A stretch of 40,066 nt of DNA, taken from the NCBI GenBank assembly GCA_964612985.1, contig CAZTGH010000004.1, positions 1-40,066 on the forward strand, in the 5' to 3' direction. The position numbers and the translations under genes are program-made. Origin of the DNA: an uncultured Pirellulales bacterium (GTDB lineage: Bacteria > Planctomycetota > Phycisphaerae > Sedimentisphaerales > Anaerobacaceae). The notes beneath the pieces are model-generated. The model had not been told where the DNA came from. It worked only from the letters and a program-made list of their open reading frames with translations, and did not search any database. Shown in pieces: positions 27,414 through 37,211 of the stretch (the stretch's first letter is position 1; the number at the start of each line of letters is the position of its first letter).

Positions 27414-28164
27414 AACCCACCGCCCAACAACCAGTGACTCTTGTCGTTTCGATCGGTGCGAGAAATCCCGCGGGCGAGATTTCTCGGGTGCAATAAGACT
27501 CCGGGGGCAGCGAAAGCGCCGTCCCCGGAGCCTCGTGGGATATCGTGCGTTTGGTCATCACCCATGGCGAGCGCCGCAGAAGGGACTACCTCAGCCGAGT
27601 CCCTCATGCGGTCCTCGAAGCCGTCTTCGGTCGCGAAGACGTCCCCCCAGGATCCATCGGTTCCGTCGTCGGGTGCTTCCTTGCGTGGCTGGCCTCCTTG
27701 CAGTGGCCGTGGTTTTCCCGGCGATGGACACGCACGATTGAAGCAGGCATCCTCCGAACTCGGACATCTTGTCCAGACTCCACGCGTTGGGACGGGCCGA
27801 TACACGATGCCCGTCGCACGCGATGATGGTTCGGTCGCCCCAGTCCGCGGATGAACCCTGGTGTCGTGCAAGAATGAGGCGATGGTGAAACAAGTCCTCG
27901 GCGAAGCCATTGCAGCGTATGGATCGGGAGACGGCCGGCTGGCGGGGACGACCGTGGCAGATCCGTTCCTGCCGGCGGTCCTCCCTTTGTCTGCGTTCCG
28001 TCGAGACCCGTGGGGTCTTGACGTTATCGGCCGTTTCCTCAACATGACAAACCCCCTGATTCCAAAAGCCATCCCATTCCAACAGAAGCATTCGCAATGT
28101 GCTTCGACCTACTTCTATCGGAGAGAAACGTCAGCATCGTTAGTTCCCACCTGATTCCCAGGGC

Positions 28165-30036
28165 TCAGTTTCCAAAGGCCCCATTGGCCAGTTGGACCAG
28201 CCAGAGCAGGCCCTGGCTCTGTCTCAGCGAGGTCCGTTCGACCGTGCCTGCGGGCGCGTCAAACTCACTGAGATCGGTGTTGAGATCCTGGAGATACTCG
28301 AACTCGAGGTATCCGACGGCGTGGCCGGACCTTTTGAAGTCGATTCTTCGGATGAGATCGGCGTCGAGGTCAATCGTGTAGACCAGTTGACTGGCGCCTT
28401 GGGCGACGGTGACCTGGACCTGGCGTCCGTCGTCCATCATCTCGGTCTGGAAGCTGACCCTCTGCTCGGCGGCGTCGCGTCGGACGGTATCCATCACGTG
28501 CAGGCCCATCCAGGGGCGGTTCATGCCCCGCAGGAAGCTGCCTTGCGGATAGCGCGCCGTGGGCGAGCCGTTGGGGTCCTGAACGATCGCGCCGGCGGGA
28601 CCGTCGATCAGGGTGATCCCGTCGCCAACGGTCAGCTTGAGCCATGGAGTGTGTTCGCGGCTGGCGGCGTAGATGAAGGGAATCCGCCCGGTTCCGCTGA
28701 CATCCTGGCCGTTGACCTGGCCGCGGATCCGCATGTACGTCCATCCACGAGTGTGCATGGCGTCTCGATGGTCTTCCCTGGTGGCGCCGGCCGACCAGTC
28801 GCTCTGGAAGTAGTCTTCTTCCAGCACGTTCGGATGGCGTACGATCACGGGACGGCTGGCGCGGACGCGTCCGTCCTCTTCCTGTCGTTCGACGATCACC
28901 AGCAAGCCCGAGCCCTGGACGGTCACCGGTTGACCGCTGTTCGGCTGACCGTCGGCACGCGAGAGGAAACTGGCCATCGTACGGCTGTCCGTCGGCAATC
29001 TCATTACGCTCAGGTCGCTCATCCACATGCGATGATTGTTGATCGCGACCGAACCGCCCTGGTAGCAGTAGTTGGCCTGATCGTCCTGGAGACGTTGCTG
29101 AGAGGAGTTATCGGTGGTGCCGTTGAGTTCGGCTCGCACCATTACCGGGCCATCCGGGCCTTCGGGGAAGTAGTACCAGAATTTTTCTTGGGCGGCGTCC
29201 GGCGCGCCCAGGGGCGCGGCGATGCGCGAGTTGGCATCGGGCAGGACGGCCGGAGGATTCGCGTTGCTGTGCAGATAGCTGGTGGTGGTGGTCCCGACGG
29301 CCAGAGCGCCGACGGCGGTAGCGGTGACCAGAGCGGTCTTGGTGGTCGCCATACCGGCCACGCCGGCCAGGACGCCGACCTTGGTCATCGCTGCCGGGAC
29401 GGTGAGCTGGGCGGCAGCGGCCTCGCTGGGAGCGGTCATCTTGCCAAAAACGACCAAAGCGGCCAGCAGGGAACCCTTGCCAAAGCCGTTACGGCTGAGT
29501 TCCTTCTGCAGCGCTTTCTTGGCTCGAACGAAGAGCATCCGTGTGCTGAACTCGCTGCAACCCATAGAATCGGCAATCTCGGCATAGGACATGCAATCGT
29601 AACAACGCATGACCAGCACGGCTTTGTGCCTCGTCCGCAGCTTCTGCATGGCCGTCGAGACGATCTGCTTGAGTTCCTGGCTGACCAAGTTTTCCAACCC
29701 TCCCTGTCGTTCCCGCATTGGTCCGCGACGCCGTTCTTCAGATGCGGCAGCCTTCTTCAAAGCCTTCTCCGTTCGATGGTGGCGGTGAAGCTTGTTGGTG
29801 GCAATGCCGTACAGCCAGGACCAGAAGCGATCGGTCTGCTTGAGTTTGCCCAGTACTCTGCACATTTCTAACAAGCTCTCCTGAACAATTTCCTGCGTCA
29901 AATCCTCTTTGAGGGTCAAGCGGTAGACATAAACGCGCAGGCGTTCGCGTGCCAGGGCCGCCAGTTGATTGAGGCTCTGCTTGTCGCCTTGGCGGGCCTT
30001 TTCGACCAGTTCGATGTAATCTGCCTGCATTTCCAT
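28165..30036 (-). CDS. ECF sigma-70 factor with long membrane-anchored C-terminal extension
   Basis: Region 2 (LVEKARQGDKQS...EDLTQEIVQE...FWSWLYGIATN) and region 4 (LRTRHKAVLVMRCYDCMSYAEIADSMGCS...RAKKAL), then an Ala/Val/Gly-rich hydrophobic linker and about 360 aa of beta-rich domain. Confidence 0.88.
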   Translation of the reverse strand: MEMQADYIELVEKARQGDKQSLNQLAALARERLRVYVYRLTLKEDLTQEIVQESLLEMCRVLGKLKQTDRFWSWLYGIATNKLHRHHRTEKALKKAAASEERRRGPMRERQGGLENLVSQELKQIVSTAMQKLRTRHKAVLVMRCYDCMSYAEIADSMGCSEFSTRMLFVRAKKALQKELSRNGFGKGSLLAALVVFGKMTAPSEAAAAQLTVPAAMTKVGVLAGVAGMATTKTALVTATAVGALAVGTTTTSYLHSNANPPAVLPDANSRIAAPLGAPDAAQEKFWYYFPEGPDGPVMVRAELNGTTDNSSQQRLQDDQANYCYQGGSVAINNHRMWMSDLSVMRLPTDSRTMASFLSRADGQPNSGQPVTVQGSGLLVIVERQEEDGRVRASRPVIVRHPNVLEEDYFQSDWSAGATREDHRDAMHTRGWTYMRIRGQVNGQDVSGTGRIPFIYAASREHTPWLKLTVGDGITLIDGPAGAIVQDPNGSPTARYPQGSFLRGMNRPWMGLHVMDTVRRDAAEQRVSFQTEMMDDGRQVQVTVAQGASQLVYTIDLDADLIRRIDFKRSGHAVGYLEFEYLQDLNTDLSEFDAPAGTVERTSLRQSQGLLWLVQLANGAFGN

Positions 30037-30318
30037 GCGGGTACCCAACCGTGTTCAATTCGTTCGTGCTGGTATCAAGTGCCATTATAGCATGCTTGCG
30101 TAACGCTTTTTTTCTTTTGAAGCAGCTTTTCTGCCGATCGGGACGGCACGCGAGGGGGATTGGTATGCTTCTGTTACGAGCGGAGGGGCCAAGGGGTTTG
30201 CCTGGAGGGTCGACGGAGGACCGGCGGGTGTGAACCGGCGTGCATTTCTCCGGTCAGATCAGGGGCTTTTCTGCCCTACAGGGCACGGTCGGCGGGGCTT
30301 ATTGCTGGCGATCGGTGC

Positions 30319-30346
30319 TAAAGTGACCGTGGGAGCGGGCCGATAC
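30319..30346 (+). promoter_or_regulatory. sigma28/SigD (FliA/WhiG)-like promoter
   Basis: TAAA-N16-GCCGATAC, about 70 nt upstream of the c-di-GMP enzyme gene. Confidence 0.55.
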
Positions 30347-30416
30347 ACCTGTCCTGACGAGGGACAGGAACGCGGAACATAAGGTGAACACGGACTGACC
30401 TTGCGAAGGGCCTGCC

Positions 30417-32642
30417 ATGCTCGAATCAGGTGATCGTCCGGCGGCGATTGTAACCGTCGGCGCGAACGAGAACATCAAACAGGCTGCCGCCAAGATGCTG
30501 GCCCATAACGTCGGCTGCCTCATCGTCAATGATGACAACGGCAAGTTTATCGGGCTGGTGACGGAGCGGGATATCGCGCACTTCATCGCCGACTCGGCGG
30601 CGCATCGCGATTCGGCGTATGTTCATCAGATTATGACCCGGCAGGTGATCTCCTGCACACCGCGTACGCCCACCAGTCAGGTCCGCGAGATCATGGCCCG
30701 CCATCGCATCCGGCACCTGCCGATCGTCGATAACGGTGTGGTCGTGGGGATTCTTTCGGCCCGCGACATTATGGGCCGGCAACTCGTCGAAGACCGGGCG
30801 GCAGCCGAAGAAGTGGCGATGCTGTCGAACTGTCTCAAGAGCATCGACCTCAACGAGGCGGCGGAGATTGCTGCGGCGGAGGTTCCCAAGCTGTTCGGCG
30901 CCGAGAACTGCATTCTGTGCCTGTATCGGTCCGGGCAGGAGGCGGGACCGCCGGAATTGCTCAGCTCCAACCGTTGCCCTTGTCTGGGCGGTTGTATGGA
31001 AATGGAAGGGGACGCAACGACTCTCCAGGAACTGGCCCAGGCGGGTTACTGCACGGACGAGATTTCCCCAGAATGCGAGAGCTGCGGCGGCAAGCCCCCC
31101 CGCGTGGTGATTCCCCTGAAGGTGGTCGGGCTCAAGGAGGCGGGCATCGGCAAGGAAAAGCGGCTTTCCGGCTATCTGTGCATGTGCGGATTGGATCCGG
31201 CGGTGGCCTCCAATCGTGAACTCATCTCCTACAAGGCCAAGCTGACCCGGGAGATTCTGACGGCCCACCTGACCAATGCCACGCGGTATCAGCAGGCACG
31301 CCTCAGCTCGCTGACCGACGCGTTGACCGGGGTCGGCTCCCGCAAGCTGCTCGAAGACAAGCTTCAGGCGGAATGCGCCCGTGCCGCACGGTACAAACGT
31401 CCATTTTCCGTGGCGATCATCGATTTCGACCATTTCAAGATGATCAACGACGTCCTGGGCCATGCTACGGGCGACGAGGCCATCCGGCGGCTGGCCACGT
31501 GTATGAATGCCGAGAAACGGGTTCCGGACGTCCTGGCCCGCTATGGGGGGGACGAATTCGTCATTTTGATGCCGGAGACGAAGGCGGAGGACGCCAAGGT
31601 CCTGCTCGAACGGATCCGGGTCAAGGCGCAGACCATTCGACTTCCCCAGGATACCTCGGTTTCGATCAGTTGCGGGGTAGCCGAGAGCGACCTGGAGCAC
31701 AACGATCCCCGGGACGTGATGCGAAGAGCCGATCTGGCCCTCTATGACGCCAAGAACGCCGGGCGGAATTGTGTTCGGCTCTGGGATGCCAACATCGCCC
31801 AACTGCTCAACACCAACGATATCGAAATCGACCGGATCAAGACGCTCCAACGCCGAGTGGCCGGGCTTTCGGAGAAAGCGGAAAAGATGTTCATGGAGAG
31901 CATCTGGGGACTCGTTCAGGCCCTCGAAGCGAAGGATGCCTATGCCAAGACGCACACCGAGAACGTCATGCACTACTCGGTGGGCATCGCTCAGACGATG
32001 GGGCTCGGGCCCAAGCACGTGGATCTGATCCGGCGGGCCGCGATGATCCACGATATTGGCAAGATCGGGATTCCTGACGCCATTTTGTGCAAGCCGGGGG
32101 AGTTGACGGTCCACGAACGGGCGATGGTCGAGCAGCACCCGATGATCGCCGTCCGCATCCTGGAGAAGATGAGCTTCCTGGAGCGGGAAGTCATGATCGT
32201 CCGCCACCACCATGAGAAATGGAACGGTCACGGCTATCCCGACGGGCTGGCCAAGACTGCGATTCCGTTGGGGGCCCGCGTCATCGGGGCGGCCGACACG
32301 TTCGATGCCCTGACCGCGACGCGAGCTTATCATTGTGCCCGCACGGTCTCTGAGGCCCTGCGAATCCTGGAGGATTCCGCGGGGTATGAACTCGACCCGG
32401 AGGTGGTCGCGGCGGCCGTCGCATGGTTTCGGAACATCGCCGATCAATGCGGTAAGTCTCTGGAACAGCTTGTTTTAGAGGATTTACGCCAGTGGCCCGA
32501 AGATCTTGGTGGCCACTCGGCACGTCCGGGATCGCAGAGCGAATCAGGGGCAGGGGCGTCTTCGCAGACGCAGCGGCGTCCCGCGATGGTCTCGGTTGGT
32601 TGCGACGAGACGGACTGCGAGCCTTGCGAAGGATCGCGCTAA
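30417..32642 (+). CDS. CBS-pair + Cys-rich (GAF-like) + GGDEF + HD-GYP c-di-GMP metabolism protein
   Basis: CBS repeats (GCLIV..GLVTERDI; IRHLPIV..GILSARDI); TDALTG and RVPD-VLARYGGDEF; HDIGKIG and HHEKWNGHGYPDGL. Confidence 0.93.
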   Translation: MLESGDRPAAIVTVGANENIKQAAAKMLAHNVGCLIVNDDNGKFIGLVTERDIAHFIADSAAHRDSAYVHQIMTRQVISCTPRTPTSQVREIMARHRIRHLPIVDNGVVVGILSARDIMGRQLVEDRAAAEEVAMLSNCLKSIDLNEAAEIAAAEVPKLFGAENCILCLYRSGQEAGPPELLSSNRCPCLGGCMEMEGDATTLQELAQAGYCTDEISPECESCGGKPPRVVIPLKVVGLKEAGIGKEKRLSGYLCMCGLDPAVASNRELISYKAKLTREILTAHLTNATRYQQARLSSLTDALTGVGSRKLLEDKLQAECARAARYKRPFSVAIIDFDHFKMINDVLGHATGDEAIRRLATCMNAEKRVPDVLARYGGDEFVILMPETKAEDAKVLLERIRVKAQTIRLPQDTSVSISCGVAESDLEHNDPRDVMRRADLALYDAKNAGRNCVRLWDANIAQLLNTNDIEIDRIKTLQRRVAGLSEKAEKMFMESIWGLVQALEAKDAYAKTHTENVMHYSVGIAQTMGLGPKHVDLIRRAAMIHDIGKIGIPDAILCKPGELTVHERAMVEQHPMIAVRILEKMSFLEREVMIVRHHHEKWNGHGYPDGLAKTAIPLGARVIGAADTFDALTATRAYHCARTVSEALRILEDSAGYELDPEVVAAAVAWFRNIADQCGKSLEQLVLEDLRQWPEDLGGHSARPGSQSESGAGASSQTQRRPAMVSVGCDETDCEPCEGSR

Positions 32643-33114
32643 GTTTCGGTTCCTGCGGCAGGTAGAGGAATTTTCAGTAATCCCATGTGCTTTCTTGGAT
32701 TTCCCTTCGGCAGCTTGCGAGAATCGAGCCGAGGGGGCCAGGCGAGGATAGTCTTTGCAGAATCCGGTCGAACGCTGTAATCTGATCTGACATCTCCAGT
32801 CGGAGCACGGAGGGCCGCTGGGGTCTTGAGGGTGTGACAGCGTGACGGCCGTGCGGTTCTTCTGTCTCTCGTCTCCCACGGTGCTGCGCCGCACGTGCAT
32901 TCCCTCAGCAGATCGCTTCGCTCGAAAGATGAAATATCCATCGGGTGCTTCGCGTCCCTAGTTGCACGAAAGCGGAGGGACGAGGTCGTGTCTGGCAAAA
33001 ACGCTCGCCCGGTGTAACCGGATGCGCCGACGAGCCACTAGCCTGACGTGAAGTCATCCACGACGTGTTTCGTCGGCGGTGATTTGAACCCAAACCATTG
33101 AAAGGAGAGCAAAG

Positions 33115-33699
33115 ATGGTACGAAAGGCGATCAGTATCGGAACCGTTGGCTGTCTCGTCACACTTCTGGCGGCAGGACTATCCCTGGCGCAACCCCAGGA
33201 ACGCGGCAATCGCGGCCAGGGTCCCGGGGGCGAGCGAGGTATGCGGAACTTCGATCCCGAGCGGATGCAGCAGATGATGCAGCAACGGATGCAGGAGCAA
33301 CTGGGTGTCAGTGATGCAGAGTGGACGATTCTGGGTCCGCGCCTGATGAAGGTCATGAACCTGAATCGGCAGGTGAGCGCCGGCCCGGGCGGGATGTTCC
33401 GGATGGGTGTGGGTCGGCGTGGCGGTCCTCAGGGCGCTCAGGCTGGTCCTGGCGCGCGTGGTCCTCGGGGCCCGTTCGGACAGGGCGAACCGACGGAGGT
33501 AGACAAGGCCTCGGACGCCCTCCAGACGACGCTGGAGAATACCGCGGCGACGCCGGAAGAGATCAAGGCCAAGCTCACGGCGCTGCGTGCGGCCAAAGAG
33601 AAGGCCAAGGCGGAACTGGCGACGGCACAGAAAGAGCTGCGCGAGGTGTTGAGCCTGCGCCAGGAAGCCCAACTGGTGCTGATGGGCATGTTGAACTAA
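33115..33699 (+). CDS. Exported Gly/Arg-rich helical protein (Spy/CpxP-like architecture)
   Basis: Signal peptide, low-complexity G/R/P segments, helical C-terminus ending LREVLSLRQEAQLVLMGML; AGGAG RBS; 15 nt upstream of gspE. Confidence 0.75.
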   Translation: MVRKAISIGTVGCLVTLLAAGLSLAQPQERGNRGQGPGGERGMRNFDPERMQQMMQQRMQEQLGVSDAEWTILGPRLMKVMNLNRQVSAGPGGMFRMGVGRRGGPQGAQAGPGARGPRGPFGQGEPTEVDKASDALQTTLENTAATPEEIKAKLTALRAAKEKAKAELATAQKELREVLSLRQEAQLVLMGMLN

Positions 33700-33714
33700 G
33701 TTACGGTAGGCCCC

Positions 33715-35430
33715 ATGAATACACTTCTGGACAAGATGGTGCAACAGGGGCTGATCGACGAATCCGCGGCCCGGGGAGTTCAGGGTTTACTCGCTGCCGG
33801 CGAGCCACCCACCCGGGCCTTCGCGGCTTGTGGATTGGCCGAGGAACCGCTGCTGCGCTTCTGGAGCGAGCAGTTCGACTGTCCGTACGTGGAGATGGAC
33901 CAGTGCGTCTTCGGCAAGCAGTTCCTCGCGAAGTTTCCGGCCCGCGTTCTCCTGGACAAGCGGGTGATGCCGGTCGAAGACGGAGACGGGCGGGTGCTGG
34001 TGGTTACGAGCAACCCGTTCGACACCTCGGCGATCGACGAGCTCCGTCTGGCGACCGGGCAGGATTTCCAGGTGGCCCTGGCGCCGCTGGCGGATATCGA
34101 CCGATGCATCAAGCTGCACCTGGGCGTCGGCGCCGATACGGTTCAGTCGATGCTCTCGGAGGCGGGCGAGAACGGCCTCCAGGTGATCGACACGGACTCC
34201 GACGACGACATGGACCTGACCGACGCGGCTGAGGGCGCCTCGATCATCCGTTTCGTCAACCAGATCCTCAGCGAAGCGATCGAGATGCGGGCGACCGACG
34301 TGCACATCGAACCGTTCGAGGATACGCTGCGCGTGCGGTACCGTATCGACGGTGTTCTTCAGGAGGCTTCGGTCGCGCCGGAGGTCAAGCAGTTCCAGGC
34401 AGCGATCGTGTCGCGTCTGAAGATCCTCAGCAAGCTCGACATCGCGGAAAAACGGGTTCCCCAGGACGGGCGGATCAAGATTCGCATCGCCGAGCACGAG
34501 ATCGACGTGCGTGTCTCCGTGATTCCGATGCTGTATGGCGAGGCGGTGGTGCTGCGTCTTCTGGACCGTTCCTCGGTGCTTCTGGGCCTGGACCGGCTGG
34601 GGATGTCGCCTCGCGATCTGAAGGTTACGCGGATGATTCTCGATAGGCCGCACGGCATCATCCTGGTGACCGGGCCGACCGGCAGCGGCAAGACGACCAC
34701 GCTCTATGCGGGGCTCTCGCAGATCAACGACATTCAACGCAAGATCATTACGATCGAAGACCCGATCGAATATCAGCTTCATGGGATCAATCAGATCCAG
34801 GTTTCGCGCAAAGCGGGACTGACGTTCGCCAGCGGACTGCGGTCCATTCTGCGTCACGACCCCGACGTGGTTCTCGTCGGCGAAATCCGCGACGTCGAGA
34901 CGGCCGAGATCGCCATCCAGGCGTCCCTGACCGGTCACCTGGTGTTTTCGACCCTGCATACCAACGATGCCCCCACGGCGCTGACCCGTCTGGTGGATAT
35001 GGGCATCGAGCCCTATCTGGTGGCCTCGTCGCTGGAGGCGGTGGTCGCGCAGCGGCTCGTGCGAGTGATCTGTCCCGAGTGCAAAGAGGAACTACCCGAA
35101 CAGGAGATGGCGCCGCTCCGTCGGCGGTACAAGGACCGGCTCCCCCAGAAGCTGTACAAGGGACAGGGCTGTCGCAATTGTCAGGGCACGGGCTACCGGG
35201 GGCGTATGGGTATCTTCGAGATGATGGTGGTCACCGACGAGATTCGTTCGTTGATTCTCGACAATGCTTCGCCTCGCGCGCTTCGGACGGAGGCGGCCAA
35301 GCAGGGGATGACGAGCCTTCGCGACGATGGGTTCCGGCACCTGCATGCGGGGCGGACGACGATCGAAGAGATCCTTCGAGTCACCAAGGACGATATGTTC
35401 GAGCCGATGGACCTGGCGGACGCCTCCTAG
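33715..35430 (+). CDS. gspE: Type II secretion system ATPase GspE/PulE
   Basis: Motifs ATDVHIEP, PQDGRI, GPTGSGKTTT (Walker A), TIEDPIEY, LRHDPDVVLVGEIRD, GHLVFSTLHTND, CPEC...CRNC Zn motif. Confidence 0.93.
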   Translation: MNTLLDKMVQQGLIDESAARGVQGLLAAGEPPTRAFAACGLAEEPLLRFWSEQFDCPYVEMDQCVFGKQFLAKFPARVLLDKRVMPVEDGDGRVLVVTSNPFDTSAIDELRLATGQDFQVALAPLADIDRCIKLHLGVGADTVQSMLSEAGENGLQVIDTDSDDDMDLTDAAEGASIIRFVNQILSEAIEMRATDVHIEPFEDTLRVRYRIDGVLQEASVAPEVKQFQAAIVSRLKILSKLDIAEKRVPQDGRIKIRIAEHEIDVRVSVIPMLYGEAVVLRLLDRSSVLLGLDRLGMSPRDLKVTRMILDRPHGIILVTGPTGSGKTTTLYAGLSQINDIQRKIITIEDPIEYQLHGINQIQVSRKAGLTFASGLRSILRHDPDVVLVGEIRDVETAEIAIQASLTGHLVFSTLHTNDAPTALTRLVDMGIEPYLVASSLEAVVAQRLVRVICPECKEELPEQEMAPLRRRYKDRLPQKLYKGQGCRNCQGTGYRGRMGIFEMMVVTDEIRSLILDNASPRALRTEAAKQGMTSLRDDGFRHLHAGRTTIEEILRVTKDDMFEPMDLADAS

Positions 35431-35447
35431 AGCGAGAAGAGCAAACG

Positions 35448-36659
35448 ATGGCGACATTCACCTACAAGGCGATCGATTCTGCGGGCCGGGAGACGGTCGA
35501 TAAGCTCGTGGCTGCCGACCGGGCCGCCGCGATCGAACTGATCTATGGGCGCAAGCTTTGCCCGGTTTCCATCGAGAGGACCGAGGACGCCCGGTCGCAG
35601 GGCTGGCTCTCGCAGATCGGGGGCGTTTCGAAACGGGAGATCGATTCGTTCACGCGCCAACTGGCGAACCTTCTGGCGGCGGGGGTGCCGATGAGTCGGG
35701 CGCTGGGGATCCTCAGTCGCGAGGCCTCGAGGACGGCTTCCAAGAAACTCTGGGCGACCATCCACGATCAGGTCGCGGGCGGCATGGCCTTGGCCGATGC
35801 GCTGAGCCTTCACCCGCAGGCGTTCTCGCCGATCTATGTCGCGATGGTGCGGGCGGGCGAGACCGGTGGGTTTCTTGATATCGTGCTGGAGCAAATCGCC
35901 ACATTCCGGGCCCGCGAAGCCGATCTCAAAGGACGGGTCAAGGGGGCACTGGTCTATCCGATTATTCTGGCGGTACTCAGCGGCGCGATCATGGTCTTTC
36001 TGCTGACGTTCTTCATCCCTCGTTTCTCGACGATGTTCGAGGAGTTCGGAGGGTCGCTGCCGACCTTGACCCGGTACATCGTCATCGCCAGCAACCTCCT
36101 GTTGGGGTACTGGTACGTTCTAGTCATGGCCGCGGCGCTGGCGATCTTCGGTGTCCAGCGCATGCTGACGAAAGAAGAAGGGCGACGCACAATGGAAGGG
36201 CTCATGTTGCGGGTGCCCCTGTTTGGCACGGGTGTTTCGCGTTTCGCGCTGGTGCGGTTCTGCCGGATGCTGGGCACGCTCGTCGGCGCCGGGGTGCCCC
36301 TGATCGCCTCGCTGCGGGTGGCCAAAGAGGCCATCGGCAACCAGGTGCTGGCCGATACCGTCAGCAGCGCGATCGAGAACGTGCAGAGAGGCCATCCGCT
36401 GGCCCGCAGCCTGGAAGGGTGTCGCGTGCTGTTTCCGCCGGCGGTGATCGAGATGATCTCCGTGGCGGAGGAGAGCGGGCGTCTCGATCAGGAACTGGTC
36501 CGGCTGGCCGGAGCCTATGAAGCGGATTTGGATCGTTATCTGAAAATGATGGTAACCCTGATCGAACCGGCGCTACTGTTCCTGATGGCGGTGCTGGTGG
36601 GGACCGTGGTGATCGGGATGCTTTTGCCGATCTTCAATCTCCAGGAACTGATCCGATAG
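35448..36659 (+). CDS. gspF: Type II secretion system inner-membrane protein GspF
   Basis: MATFTYKA start; motifs FTRQLANLLAAGVP, MVRAGETGG, ALVYP, AEESGRLD, LIEP..., LLPIF. Confidence 0.93.
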   Translation: MATFTYKAIDSAGRETVDKLVAADRAAAIELIYGRKLCPVSIERTEDARSQGWLSQIGGVSKREIDSFTRQLANLLAAGVPMSRALGILSREASRTASKKLWATIHDQVAGGMALADALSLHPQAFSPIYVAMVRAGETGGFLDIVLEQIATFRAREADLKGRVKGALVYPIILAVLSGAIMVFLLTFFIPRFSTMFEEFGGSLPTLTRYIVIASNLLLGYWYVLVMAAALAIFGVQRMLTKEEGRRTMEGLMLRVPLFGTGVSRFALVRFCRMLGTLVGAGVPLIASLRVAKEAIGNQVLADTVSSAIENVQRGHPLARSLEGCRVLFPPAVIEMISVAEESGRLDQELVRLAGAYEADLDRYLKMMVTLIEPALLFLMAVLVGTVVIGMLLPIFNLQELIR

Positions 36660-36740
36660 ACGGACCGAGAGAGCATCGGATGCGTTGGTGTCATCCGGAT
36701 AGAGAGAGCCATGTCGCAAACAGTTGAGTTGGGAACGAAG

Positions 36741-37193
36741 ATGAAACCACAGCTTCAAAACACAAACGGACGGGCATCTCGTCGCGCGTTTACTCTGATC
36801 GAACTGATGCTGGTGCTGGTGATCCTGGCGACGCTGGCGGCCATCGTGCTGCCCAAGCTGACGGGGCGCTCCAAGCAGGCCAAGGTCACCGCGGCGGGGA
36901 CGCAGATCGCGCAGATCGAAGTGGCCCTCGACGCCTTCGAGATCGACATGGGCCGCTATCCGACGACGAGCGAAGGCCTCCGGGCACTGGTCGAGAAGCC
37001 CGCGTCGGATTCCGAAGGCTGGCAGCAGCCCTATCTCAAGCGCGATGTTCCCCAAGATCCGTGGGGCAGCGAATACCAGTATCGCTATCCCGGCAATTAC
37101 AACGAGCAAGGCTACGATCTCTACAGTTTCGGGCCCGACCGCAAGATGGGCGGGGACGACGACATCACCAACTGGTCGGAGGACCGGCGCTGA
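36741..37193 (+). CDS. gspG: Major pseudopilin GspG
   Basis: Motifs AFTLIELMLVLVIL, ALDAFEIDMGRYPTTSEGLRAL, PYLK..PQDPWG, YDLYSFGPD...DDITNW. Alternative start 36711. Confidence 0.93.
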   Translation: MKPQLQNTNGRASRRAFTLIELMLVLVILATLAAIVLPKLTGRSKQAKVTAAGTQIAQIEVALDAFEIDMGRYPTTSEGLRALVEKPASDSEGWQQPYLKRDVPQDPWGSEYQYRYPGNYNEQGYDLYSFGPDRKMGGDDDITNWSEDRR

Positions 37194-37211
37194 CCGGGCG
37201 CAGGCAGGACC

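Noticed and set aside
35079..35447. N-terminal extension of the GspF ORF
   Set aside because: Overlaps gspE out of frame; the typical MATFTYKA start is at 35448.
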